Shown: positions 11,791 through 23,899 of the stretch, piece after piece
Layout: the number at the start of each line of letters is the position of its first letter
How positions within the stretch are numbered: position 1 is the stretch's first letter
Assembly: GCF_004010195.1 (NCBI RefSeq)
Contig: NC_057718.1
Span: forward strand, 54,779,864 to 54,814,991
Reading direction: 5' to 3'
From: Chiloscyllium plagiosum
Lineage: Eukaryota
DNA: 35,128 nucleotides
The notes under the pieces: model-generated
What the model was told of the DNA's origin: nothing
The model's input: only the letters and a program-made list of their open reading frames with translations
Databases searched by the model: none
Program-made: the position numbers and the translations under genes

Positions 11791-13302
11791 TCAGCTGCCA
11801 GTAGTTGCATTTCATATTTAGATGCAACAAAGCTTGATTGGTACCATCCAGCGTAATGACATTATTTACCTGCAGCTTTAATTGAACTATTGAAATGTAA
11901 GAGATCAAATTTTTAAAAAAAACAAGTGCCCTTCAAAATTTCTGTGCTAGAACTTTGGTTCAGTGTGAACTTACTGCCTTGATGTTGTAATGAGTGCATT
12001 AAAAATGTTTTTTCCTCCAGCGCGTATTTGTCATCAAATTTCAGTATTTATCAATTCCAGAAATGATACTGGAGATCAAGTGTATAGTGTCAACCACACT
12101 GCCAGATTATGCATAATGTGCATCACAATCACCAGGCCCAAAAGTAATGGCACTTGAAAAACTGATTTTCATATTTATATATTGATCAATAATAAACTTT
12201 AATTATATACTGAATGTTACAGCATTATTTTATTATTAGTTGGGTTTTGGTGGCATCTGGGAGTCAATTTCCATACAATCCAAGTTTAACATTTGAAATA
12301 GTTTAGGAAACACTGACTGAGATAGCTCTTATGGTCAAGATATCTACATTTAATGTAAAAAAATTAAGAATTTTATCTAAGTGCACTGAGAATACCAAAG
12401 GGATAGGATACACAATTTTGTAACACTGAGTAAGGAAGACTATACCAAGAAGAAATAATTTGACAACTCTGTGCACTGTTACATAGGTTTCTTCTGCACA
12501 ATAGCAGTGTACTGACAGGCACAGTGTAATGGGGAGCAAACAGCTGGTGGAAAATAAATTCTAAGCAATTAGATGGATAAAGCAATTTGAATGCAAACCA
12601 ATGTGCAGTGATATTGCTCACAGATTTATGTCAATTGGATAGGGACTAACCTTAAATGATTCTGGTCATTGATGGTCTTCTGCAAAATCCGATTCTGAAA
12701 TATGACCAGATTGTCTGTCTGCCTATGTTGAGACAGTCAAACTAATTTGACAAAATGCCTCATTGCTGAAAGTTCTAATCAAGCAGCAGAACAGACTGTC
12801 TGGTGGTGAGCAAGGCTTTTTGCCATTGGATCCTTCCTACGAAGGTCTGCAGAAAAATGCCGTTTTTTTTTTAAAAAAAAACAAGAATCACCTGAGCAAT
12901 TGTGCCACAGGACTCTGAGCTCTACTGGCTATTCCAGGAATACATATTAAAGATATGCATCATCTGCACCTAGAAGATCAACATTGTGAAACCAGCCTTT
13001 AATCTGCTCAAAATGTGCTGGTGTTTCAGTGCAAAGGGTTACCTTTGACCGAGTATTGCAGACTGGAATATTCCAATGCCCATGACTATGTGCTAAGGGA
13101 TATACCAATGCTGGGGTAAAAACCACAGAAGAGCAATGTGATAGGTCTCTGTTTCAGGACACATATAAGGAGGGACTGGAAACAGTAGAAACTTTCAGGC
13201 TCTGTGCTTTACAATAAATATTGTGAACATGAACAATATTGAAATTACATTGAGATACCTCAGAGCCAAACATGGTGCAAGAAGAAAAGTTTATTTACAA
13301 AG

Positions 13303-13458
13303 AGAACAAAGAACAAAGAAAATTTACAGCCCGGGAACAGGCCCTTCAGTCCTCCAAGCCTGAGCCAATCCAAATCCACTGTCTAAATCTGTCGCCCAAT
13401 TTCTAAGCATCTGTACCCCTCTGCTCCCAACGTACTCATGCATCTGTCCAGACGCATC
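13303..13458 (-). mobile_element. CR1 LINE 3' tail (same family as 20241-21899)
   Basis: (agaacaa)n tail followed by aaaatttacagccc..aagcctgagc..atccaaatccactgtctaaa, matching 20241-20390. Confidence 0.85.
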
Positions 13459-14486
13459 ATTTCTATTACATTCTATATAATTTTCAATTTGAAATGCTTT
13501 GCTCTCAGGCTATATACTTGACATGGAATGCAATCGGACATCCAAGAATGTAACATGAAAAATGGAGACAAGCTGAATTTTATTGCTACTTATGTAATAT
13601 TCAAGTTGAAATGTCTTGTTATGCATTTTTACAAAAAAGGCATAATTTGGGGCATAAACATTACATCCACAAGACAGATGGAAAATATACACAAAATATA
13701 GCAAGTGCATATCCTTTCTTATGAGGGAAAAATAAAGTCAATGATCAAAGGGTCTGTTTCCATGCTGATTGACTATGAATTTAAAAGTGGCCAAAAAATC
13801 CAGTGTCTCAAGTGCTGGCTGTAAAAGGAATAGACTAATGGGGCAAATACAGAAGCCTCCTTTCTGTGCTGTATGGAGCTATATTACTTAAGGGCAATAC
13901 TTTTCTCTATTACATCCAAATAGGATGGCTGGTACAAGTCAAATACTATTTTGTATCACAATTCAAATCTATTAGAGTTTCAAAGTTCACAGTCATTACT
14001 TCACAAAGTTCACAGCACATTACTTAGGATGAATGCTGTATGCAACTCAGTCTATTATTAGTACTGAAGTCACATGATTAGTATCTAATATGCATTTTTC
14101 ACATTCATAAAATTGTCAAGGGATCAAAACCACCACCACAAATGACTTGAGGTCACCTCAGAAGTACTATGCCAGCACTCTGTTGTATTGAATGCTTTAC
14201 ACAGCCTAACTTACTACAACAGAAGGAATTCTATCAGAAATCCACAAAACTGTTGTGGATTTGTTCATTTTTACCCCTTTATATTTGATTCCATTGAGTT
14301 TCCATCATTTCCCCTTGCACTTGGTTTCATTGGCACTTCTATTTATCGCCACACTTGCTTAATTCTCATATTACTATCAAAAAGCACACTATTTGTAATG
14401 ACTTACACAATTAATTTTTGCATAGCATAGAAGTGTCAGCTATTTTTCATTTATATTAGATCACTTAATAACTAAAAGCAAGTATT

Positions 14487-14777
14487 TAGATTTAGATTTA
14501 GATTACAGTGTGGAAACGGGCCCTTCGGCCCAACAAGTCCACACCGACCCGCCGAAGCGAAACCCACCCATACCCCTACATTTACCCCTTACCTAACACT
14601 ACAGGCAATTTAGTATGGCCAATTCACCTGACCCTGCACATCTTTGGATGGTGGGAGGAAACCGGAGCACCCGGAGGAAACCCACGCAGACACGGGGAGA
14701 ACGTGCAAACTCCACACAGTCAGTCGCCTGAGGCAGGAATTGAACCCGAGTCTCTGGCGCTGTGAGGCAGCAGTGCT
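14487..14777 (-). mobile_element. tRNA-derived SINE (HE1-like) with 7-bp TSD
   Basis: Reverse-complement homologue of 6556-6806 with a (tttaga)n tail. AAGTATT at 14480-14486 and 14778-14784. Confidence 0.9.
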
Positions 14778-17749
14778 AAGTATTATAGTACGGCAAGGAA
14801 ACTAGAATATGAAAGAGGCACAAATCTCCAGCTACATCATTTCAAAAGGAATTTCTTAATGTTCTGTCCTGCTACATTTAATGGAATCCTTTTTCCGTAT
14901 TATTTTCTTGATGTTTTCCTAATTTACTATTGGATAAACTGAGAAAACAAATCATTTGGCAGATTGTGCTAAGGTGGTAATGTCTCTAGAGGGCCATACA
15001 AGTTCAAACTAACCATAGAAAATGGTGAAATTAATAAATTTAGAATTTAAAGCTAGTCATTATTAATTGTGGCAAGAATATATTGTTGATTGTTTGAAAA
15101 ACCCAACTGTTTCACTCATGTTCATAGGGCAGGAAATCTCTCATCCTTACCTAGCCCAACCTACTGATGATTCTCGACTGTGTTTTTGCAACTTTGTGTT
15201 TGATTCTTTACTGCTCTCTGAAATGGCCTAACAAGTCACTCAGTTGTACCAAACAGATAACTGAAGGATTGAAGTTGCTCAAAAATGTGATTTTTCACCA
15301 TCTGCTCAACAGCAATTAAGAATGGACGATAAATGCTGGTCTTGCCAACACCACCTAAATCTCATTAAAGATTTTTATGCAAATATACACATGTAAATCT
15401 TTGAACGTGGACCAAAGTAAAATGTGTCTCAAGTAATTAAAAGTGTTAGTTTTCCTGTAACAAGCTTTACCAAAGGCTTAGTAAAAGGTTCCCAAATCAT
15501 TTAGAAAAGCAAAATCAAAGAGCCAGTGGAAAGACACACAAAGCTTTATGTTAAAAGTCTACCTTTTATTTGGAACAGCTGTCTATTAATTCTTCGTATA
15601 AACAAAGCTCAGGCATTGTAATCATCCTTTGGTTGTTTCTCACACCCTTCTCATTTATGTTATGGTTATCCCTTTTGTCTCTAGTTATCATATTTTTTAA
15701 GCAAAAAACGTGCAAGTTTTTTTTTAAATGGGTACTACTTACATTTATATAGTACCTTTGACATGGAACAATGTCCCAACATATTTCACAAAAGATGCCA
15801 TCAAAAGTGTGGGGACTTAATCCAAAATGATATTAGGAGATATGGCCAAACTCTAAACAGCTGGGTTTAAAAAGGTTTTTAAAATGAAACTAAAGGTAAG
15901 CAGGCGTGGGAAACCAGGAGTCGGTTCTGAGGGTTGGGTTGAAATGGTAAATGAACAGAATCCAGTACAAGATTGGAATAAATTTTTCCAGAGATTACCA
16001 AAGCACAATGGAATTTATTTGGATAAACAAATTCAAATCTAGTTATAATGAGTAAACAACTTCTGAAACACAATCTGATATAGAACAGGTTTCTCCTCAA
16101 CACAGGCTCAACCCCACAGCATCTTCAGAACTGCAAAGAAATGAGGTGGAATACATGTAGAAATAAATAATGTTTCCACTGACGTGATATTACAATGACA
16201 GTGACATCACAAAGCACCAACTGACTTTTATGACAATCACCAACTTTTCAATTAAAAAGCTTGAAGTTTGAGATCATTTGACATAGCAGTTCAAGAAAAC
16301 CCCATTTATCATCAGTGGAGATGCTGAACTGATCAAAATGGATCACAGTCTATCCTTACACACTGAAGCATAAGCCACTGCTGAATATGCATAAATTTAC
16401 ATAATTACAAATTATCTTTCACTTGAAAGCTATCACACAAACTTATCATCCATGAGAACAACACACCAAGATGATCACAAACCATCAATAGTAATTTGCA
16501 ATTATTGTACTTCCAAGAAACATTCCAAAAGTCAATTGCTGAATGCAAGAAATAAACTATCAATAGAGAGGTGACTTCATTTAAAATCTCAAGCAGTTAT
16601 CCCCCAAATTTGAAATCCTATTTATTCAATTTGAATCTGGAAGGGAGATTGAACAGGGAAAATTTTAAAACTAAGTAAATCCATTAACATTTGTCATGCA
16701 GTCACTGTCATGGAGGCAACGAAAAAAAATCTGCACACAGCATAGTCTCCAAAGCACTTGTTGGTTGAGGGGCACTTGTTGCCCAGAATGAAAGGAAAAA
16801 AGTTTGCTCATTAGATCTGGATACAGAATCTTTTTAAACGGGGTAGTAAACAAGCTGACATTGTGTAATCCACAAAAACTTATTTCAGAACATAGTGAAC
16901 AAATGTATGCTACATCGTATCTTATTTCAATGTTATTCAAAATAACACTTTGCTGGCACTGTATCAAATAAATTTTGCAATTTTAAATGGTGCAATAACA
17001 AAAAAAATTAATGATTATTTCATTTGGAAACAAAATTTACCAAAGCACAAATTCAAATCTGTAACGCACAATGATGGCTATGAACAAAAAGGAGTTACCA
17101 AAAGTTAAAACATTTTACAAACGTTAATGCTTTTTTTGGGGGGGGGGGGGGGGGGGGGGAGAGTTGAGTAACACCAAGGCAAGAGTATATTTAGAAAATT
17201 ACATTAACTCTCTATAGATCATTTCCCCATCGCCAACTTAAAACAGTATGTACCCATTTTACATCTAATTGGACAAAACATTCTCACAATGCAGCAATGT
17301 AGTTCTTCAGCTGGTTATTAACAAGTGCATAAGATCGAACTCAAAAGATCAAAAATCACCTTAATCTTGACCTAACAGCTTCACAGTGTGATTTATTTGT
17401 TAAATGCTCGGATTTCTTTTCCCCAACAAGGCAAAAACCAGGAATACATTCAAAAGTTTCTCTCTCTGTTGGGTATCAAAAGAATGCTGCAGATACAGTA
17501 GGTCCCCAATAAATAGAAACTTTTCCCTGATTAATTATGGATTAAAGTTTTCAAACATTTGTTTACAAACAACTTTTAAAGGAATCATTTTTCAATAATA
17601 TATCCAATAGTTTTTATTGGAAAGAGCTTAAAAGTCAAAAGAACGGGTGCAATTAAGCACACTAAAGTTGAATTCCCCAACTAGGTTTTATTTGCGTTTT
17701 ATTATTTTTAAAAGTACATCAGCATTGAGCCGGGCAGGAGTTTTGCTAA

Positions 17750-17955
17750 TTTCTGGATCAGTGGTGCTGGAAGAGCACAGCAATTCAGGCAGCATCCGAC
17801 GAGCAGCAAAATCGACGTTTCGGGCAAAAGCCTATTCGCTTTTGCCCGAAACGTCGATTTTGCTGCTCGTCGGATGCTGCCTGAATTGCTGTGCTCTTCC
17901 AACACCACTGATCCAGAATCTGGTTTCCAGCATCTGCAGTCATTGTTTTTACCTC
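17750..17955. mobile_element. Inverted pair of PLE tails forming an 81-bp hairpin, 13-bp TSD
   Basis: Arms 17751-17831 and 17838-17918 are reverse complements with one mismatch around a 6-nt loop. GGAGTTTTGCTAA at 17737-17749 and 17956-17968. Confidence 0.92.
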
Positions 17956-18299
17956 GGAGTTTTGCTAAGCCAAGACAACCTGAACCAGAGACGCTGAATT
18001 TTAAACCTAATAACGGTTTACATACGATCAGCAGCACTGGCAGCGCTTCCTTCCCTTATCAAAGTTTGTCAATAGAGAAAAAAGTGTCGTGTCATAGTAA
18101 GCTGCATCTCAAACACAAGGCAATACATTTCAACTTGGTGAAAGGTCACACGAAGTAAGTTTCTTTCTGAAGTTAATTTTCACCTTTCCTCTGCCTAGCC
18201 GCATTTTCAAACAAGATTGGCCCGGTCCTAACAAAGAGCTACGCTGGTTCTGGAGGGATTTATTTCTATTTTTAAACGTCAAGTGTTATCACAAGCAGA

Positions 18300-18945
18300 C
18301 TTACGGCCTGGGGAGGAGGTGGTGGCCCTGGCTCAGCCCGGACCTTTACAAACACCTCCGGCCACATTCCGTCCCAGAGAGAGCTGACTAACTTGGGGTG
18401 GGTGGGGGAGAAAGAGGGAGAAACGGAGCCGGTCCAGATTCGGGGGAATACTGGAGTCGGTCTACAAGCTCGGCGGGTGGGAGAGTGAAGGCCGCGCCGC
18501 GCCGCGCGAACACCCTCCTCCCCTCCCTCCCTCCCACCATCACTCACGTTGACAGCTTTCTTGTCCAGAATAAAACTCCAGGCCAGAGTTCCCGGAGCTG
18601 CACGGCCCGGCCCAGGTTGCCTTTGATCTGGCCGAGGATGTAGTTGGACTCCCGGTCCAGGCGCTCCGCGTACGGCAGCAGCTGGTTGTACAGGATCTCC
18701 TTCTGCGGCCTGAAGCCCAGCGCCTCCTCCCGTCTCCGCCGCCGTCTCCACTCGCTGCCGCTCTCCTCGCTCATGTTGAGCATTTCGCCTGATTCGGGAT
18801 CACTGCCCGGCCACGTCTCACTGACTCCCGACTCCCGATCCATCTGAAGCGCCGCGACCGGCGGATGTGAGGAAACGGCAACGTCCCCGTCACCGACTGA
18901 CACACTTCCGGTTTCTGATCTCCCCCTCCCCCCATCCGCCGCTTG
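18300..18945 (-). promoter_or_regulatory. CpG island / promoter of PSME4 with ETS (GABPA-type) motif CCGGAAGTG at 18903-18911
   Basis: GC- and CpG-rich stretch in an otherwise CpG-poor, AT-rich window. It overlaps exon 1, and CCGGAAGTG lies about 60 nt upstream of the first ATG, as is typical for housekeeping promoters. Confidence 0.75.
18548..18843 (-). CDS. PSME4: Proteasome activator complex subunit 4 (PA200), coding exon 1
   Basis: Translation [57 protein letters not shown] closely matches the vertebrate PSME4 N-terminus as I recall it ([21 protein letters not shown]...[23 protein letters not shown]). The exon ends at a canonical donor AC|GTGAGT (intron starts 18547, phase 2). In-frame ATGs at 18843, 18783 and 18774; the true start is uncertain. 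Confidence 0.95.
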
Positions 18946-19167
18946 GGGGGGAGGGTAAAGGTGGGGGGGGGGGAGGGTAAAGGTGGGAGGAGCTGGGAGA
19001 GGGATAGAAGGGAACAGGAATGGGTGGATGATGTGGGGAATGGGGTGTAGGAGTGGATGAAGAAAGCAACAGGGAGACAGGGACCGATGGGTAGGTTGGT
19101 GGACGAGGGAGGAACAAGAGTGGGGAGATATGGAGAGTGAGCCTGAGACCGCATATGTGGAGCAGGG

Positions 19168-19260
19168 TTAAAAATCACACAACGCTAGGTTATAGTCCAA
19201 CAGGTTTATTTGGAAGCACTAGCTTTCGGAGCGCTGCTCCTTCATCAGGTGGTTGTGGAG
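19168..19260 (-). mobile_element. Solo tail of a second PLE family with hammerhead core (19217-19251)
   Basis: Minus strand reads cac-CTGATGA-A-GGAGC(AGC)GCTCC-GAAAG-CTA-gtg, then cttccaaataaacctgttggactataacc. Confidence 0.8.
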
Positions 19261-19514
19261 CGAGAATGAGCAGAGGCAGGAGTGTGGAGGAGTGAGGGAG
19301 CAGAAGGTGGGTGGGAGTGAGCAAAGATGAATGAGGAGGATTGAGTGAGCAGAGATTGACGTGGAGTAGATTAGAAAGGGGATGGAATAGACAGGAAGAG
19401 TAGAGAGGTAGGGGAGGTAGTGGGAATGCAGAGGAAGGAAAAGATAGTAGAGAGAAAGGAAAGGAAGTAGAGAAAGTCGGATTGGGAATAAGAGATAAGG
19501 AAGAGAAAGGGGGA

Positions 19515-19815
19515 GTGTCTGTAGAGACCCAGGTTCAATGTTAGCCTTGGGTAAATGTCTGCGGATTTTGGATGTTCTCCTCGTGTGTTTCCTTTAGTGT
19601 TCCAGTTTCCTCCCACAGATCACAGGTTAGGTGGATTGGTCATGCAAAATTGTCCATACTGTCCAGGGATGTGCAGGCCAAGTGGATTACCCATGGTAAA
19701 TATAGAGTTACAAAGATAGGGTGGGAGTCGGTGTCTGGGTGGGATGCTGTTCAGAGGGTCAGTGCAGGACTTAATGGGGCAAATAGCCTCTTTCTGTGCT
19801 GTAGGAATTCTATGT
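19515..19815 (+). mobile_element. Older HE1-like SINE
   Basis: gagacccaggttcaat..ccagtttcctcccaca..caggttaggtggattggtcatgcaaaattgtcc, with CR1-like tail tagcctctttctgtgctgtaggaattctatg. Confidence 0.75.
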
Positions 19816-19934
19816 TTTTTTCCCTTCATTCTACGTAACTGTAATTGTCTTTTACAAAAGCTGTGCAGATTGTTCTTAAAGAGAGAAATTTCCTTATGTC
19901 TGTGAATTCAAGTAGTCATGCACTTGGAAGATTG

Positions 19935-20240
19935 ACGTAATGGTTGGAGGTCAGTCATTTCAGCTCCAGGAGTAACGGAGATTAATTTCTTTGGCCAAAC
20001 CATCAACAGATGATTCATCAGTGACCATTCTACACCATAACATCAGAAGTGGGATGTTTGCTGATCATTGGACATCAGCACTATTTAGAACTCCTCAACT
20101 ACTGAAGCAGTTCATGTCCAAATGCAGGACGAGCTGGACAACTTCCAGATTTGGGGTGACCATCAGCAAGTAATATTCTTGTCAAGTGAACGCCAGGCAA
20201 TGATCATCTCCAACAAGAGAGAATCCAAATGTTGATACTC
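19935..20240 (+). mobile_element. CR1/L2-type LINE RT fragment
   Basis: IRSGMFADH (degenerate FADD motif) plus caggcaatgatcatctccaacaagagaga. Truncated by the younger CR1. Confidence 0.6.
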
Positions 20241-21899
20241 AAAGAACAAAGAAAATTTACAGCCCAGAAACAGGACCTTCAGCCCTCCAAGCCTGAGCTG
20301 ATCCAAATCCACTGTCTAAACCTATTGCCCAATTCCTAAGCATCTGTATCCCTCTGCTCCCCACTTACTCATGCATCTGTCCAGACACATCTCAAATGAA
20401 TCTACCATGTCTGCCTCTACTACCTCTGCTAGCAACACGTTCCAGGCACCTACCACCCTCTGTGTAAAGTACTTGCCACATGTTTCCCCCTTAAGCTTTT
20501 CACCTCTCACCTTGAAAGCGTGACCTCTCATTATTGAATCCTTCACCCTGGGAAAAAGCTTATCTCTATCTACCCTGTCTATACCCTTCATGATTTTGTA
20601 GACCTCAATCAGGTCCCCCTTCAATCTCCTTTTTTCTAATGAAAACAAACCTAATCTACTCAACCTCTCTTCATAGCTAGCACCTTCCATACCAGGCATC
20701 ATCCTCATAAACCTTCTCTGCACCCTCTCCAAAGCGTCCACATCCTTTTGTACTGTGGCAACCAGAACTGTACACAGTATTCTAAATCCGGCCGAACCAA
20801 TGTTGTGCACAATTTTAGCATGACCTGCTAGCTCATATACTCAATACCCCGTCCAATGAAGGCAAGCATACCATATGCCGCCTTGACCACTCTATCCATC
20901 TGTGCAGCAACCTTCAGGGTACAATGGACCTGAACTCCCAGATCTCTCTGTTCATCAACTTTTCCCAAGAATCTTCTGTTTACTGTATAATTTGCTCTAG
21001 AATTAGACTTCCCAAAATGCATCACCTCAAATTTGCCTGGATTGAACTCCATCTGCCACTTCTCCACCCAACTCTCCAGTCTATCTATATTCTCCTGTAT
21101 TCTTTGACAGTCCCCTATGCTTTCTGCTACTCCACCAATCTTCGTGTCAACTACTACTCTCTGTCTCCTGTTGCTCAACCAGTTCTTTATCCACCTAGCT
21201 AGAACAACCTGAACACGATGTGACTTCGCTTTCTCTATTAGTTTACCATGGGAATGGGTACATGAATAGGAAGGGTTTGGAGGGATATGGGACGGGTGCT
21301 GGCAGGTGGGACTAGATTGGGTTGGGATATCTGGTCGGCATGAACGGTTTGGACCGAAGGGTCTGTTTCCACGCTGTACATCTCTATGACTCTAAACGCC
21401 TTACTAAAGTCCATGTGTATGACATCTTCAGCCCTTGCTTCATCTATCAACCTGGTCACTTCCTCAAAGAACTCTATTATGTTGGTAAGGCATGATCTCC
21501 CCTGCACAAAACCATGTTGCCTTGCACTGATAAGCCCATTCTTTTCCAAATATAAATAGATTTTATTCCTCAGTACCTTCTCCAGCAACTTTCCCACCAC
21601 TGACGTCAGGCTCACTGGTCTGTAGTTACCTGGAATATCCCTACTACCCTTCTTGTACAGGGGAACAACATGAGCAACCCTGCCGTCTTCCAGCACCACA
21701 CCTGTGTTTAAGGATGCTACAAAGATATCTGTCAGGGCCCCAGCTATTTCCTCTCTCGCCTCCCTCAGCAACCTGGGATAGATTCCCTGCAGTCCTGGGG
21801 ATTTGTCCACCTCAATAACCTCTAGCTTCCCAACACATCTTCCCTGCTTATGTTAATGTGATCCAGAGTAATCAAACTTCTATCTCTAATCTCAACATT
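20241..21899 (-). mobile_element. CR1 LINE, 5'-truncated ORF2 RT with internal deletion and nested insertion
   Basis: KSPG..IYPRLLRE..PGNYRPVSLTSVVGKLLEK..QHGFVQGRSCLTN..DFSKAF, then DTKIGG..WQMEFN..LERVQRRFMRMMPG..RRLKGDLIEVYKIM. The PQGS/FADD segment is deleted near 21150. (tctttgt)n tail. Confidence 0.95.
21255..21393 (+). mobile_element. CR1 3' tail nested antisense inside the CR1 RT
   Basis: Reverse complement of 27209-27345. It splits the host DFSKAF|..PHGKL motif. Confidence 0.85.
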
Positions 21900-22319
21900 G
21901 TATTTGAGCAATTATGCAAAGCTGCAGACTGTGACAATAAATCATGAAATAAAGAAGGCCACATTAAGAATTGAAAACCCATAAAAAGTGCCCTCCCATC
22001 AGATTCAATGTGCAACTGTACCCAATGTTTCAATGAAACAATTGGATACTGAGTATTTTGAGTATCCTATCACCATTGACCAAGCCATACAACCAGTGTT
22101 TCACTTGCCAAACAAAGTACCCATACTGCTAAAAATAACACTTGAAAGTCAGACCCAAAGTTGAAAGAAATTATTATGCAGAGTCTCATGTCACAGAGCC
22201 TACAGACTGGGTGAATTTCATTATGGTGAATGAGAGGACAACACTTTTTTTTAGTTCCCAAACATCTTAATGAAGCTATAACGTGGGACCATTGTCCTTG
22301 TGTACCATTTGCTGCAAGT

Positions 22320-23545
22320 AAGCACACAGGTGCAGCAGGCAGTAAAGAAGGAAAACTGTATGTTGGCCTTCAAAGTGAGAAGATTAGAGTATAGGTTCAA
22401 CATCATCATAATACAACCCTCAGGGACATGTCCAGATGGTCAAAAGAGGCTTGTGGATTGTTCAATGATAAAGGAAGACTGGAACCTTACTTTTACTTCA
22501 ATATACAGCCTCCATGGCTGACATGAAATGTCAAATCTATGTAAATAAGAACTAGTTCAGCAATGTCCTAAACCAGTCTCCTAGCCAGGCAGCAAGGCAA
22601 ATTAGAAGTAAACAAAAAAGTCAAAGCATTACAAGCTTTAAGTGTGATTATTTCAACATCTGGGAACCAAACATTAATGAGAATATATAACTATGGAGAT
22701 AATGCAAAGAAGCTGCTAGGCAATTTGGACAGGCTGAATGGGCAATAACATGGCATATAGAATATAATATGGATAATTGTGAGGCTATCCACTTTGATAA
22801 AAGGAATGGAGACACAGAATATTTCTTAACTGGTGAAAGATTGGGAAGTATTAATCTCTAAAAGATTGGGGAGTATTGATATCTAAAAGGACTTGAGTAA
22901 CTTTATTTATGTCACTGAAAGCCAACATGCAGGTGCAGCTTGCAATTAGGAAGGAAATGGTATGTTGGCCTTTATTGCAAGGGATTTGAGTAGAGAAGTG
23001 CATCATTGTATAGAACCTTGGAAAGACTTCATCTGGAATATTGTGTGCAATTTTGATCCCTTTGCCTAAGGAGCAATATGCTTGCCAGAGAGGGAGTGCA
23101 GTGAAGGATTAACCTTCTCATTCCTGGGATAATGGTAATGGTGATGACAAATAGGGCCTGGATTCTTTCAAGTTTAAAAGAATGAAAGGTTTTCTTACAG
23201 GATGTTGCAAAATTCTTACAATTCTCCCTTTCTTGGGAATGTGTGCTCTTTCTAAAACCAGGGGACACAATTCAGAAGAAGAAGCAAGCAATTTAGGCCT
23301 ATGATGAAAAACCTCTTCGCTCAGAGGGTGGCAATATCTTTGGAATTCTCTCTCCCAGAGGGCTGTTTAAGCTAAGTCATTAATTACATTTCAGATAAGG
23401 ATTAGTAGATTTCTCATTACTAATTATATCAAGGGCTATGAGATAGCGATGGAAATTGGTAGAGGTAGATGATCAGCTACAAACTAGACAGGTACAGCAA
23501 GCTTGAGGGAATGAATGGCCTACTCACGCTCCTTTCTTCCTCTGA
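22320..23545 (+). mobile_element. Decayed CR1 LINE fragments
   Basis: QVQQAVKKENCMLAF and caggtgcagcttgcaattaggaaggaaatggtatgttggcctttattgca..ctggaatattgtgtgcaatttt, with 3' end gaatgaatggcctactc. Confidence 0.65.
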
Positions 23546-23899
23546 GTTCTGGCCAGACAGGTTTTCTGGAAATCTTAAACTAGGAATTCAGTGGAAAAAT
23601 TCAGGTAAGGAATTCCAAAACTTCATGATTTGGCACAGAAAACACAACCATCAGTGGTAAAGCAATTAAAAGCTGAGATGTGCAAAAAGGCAGAGTTGGA
23701 GCAGTACCAAGATATTGGATGAATGTGAGTATGAAGAAGATATTAGGAAGAGGATGGGGCAAGTTCATAGAAATTCTTGAAAATTATTCGATGGAAACAT
23801 TGCAAAACTGGGAACCAAAGTTCATCAAACACAGCAGCAATGGATACATCAGACAGACATAACAGGACTCAGTAACATTTTCCCCAATAATGCCAAGAG

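Larger units (their letters stand above)
1..18547 (-). other. PSME4: Probable PSME4 intron 1 (exon 2 not found in window)
   Basis: GT donor at 18547. By eye I found no segment encoding the expected [25 protein letters not shown] on the minus strand. The region is dominated by repeats. Confidence 0.6.

Noticed and set aside
17130..17159. T8 followed by a long poly-G run
   Set aside because: Simple homopolymer whose length is unreliable in assemblies; no other support.
18272..18847. Overlapping 159-, 81- and 67-aa ORFs
   Set aside because: Shadow frames of the GC-rich PSME4 exon with no recognisable motifs.
18844..18903. N-terminal extension of the 119-aa ORF from a GTG start
   Set aside because: The ORF caller used an alternative start codon. 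The first ATG is at 18843, and the ORF's stop lies inside the splice donor.
22836..22890. Tandem duplication aaagattggg.agtatt.at.tcta
   Set aside because: Ordinary slippage duplication inside a decayed CR1.
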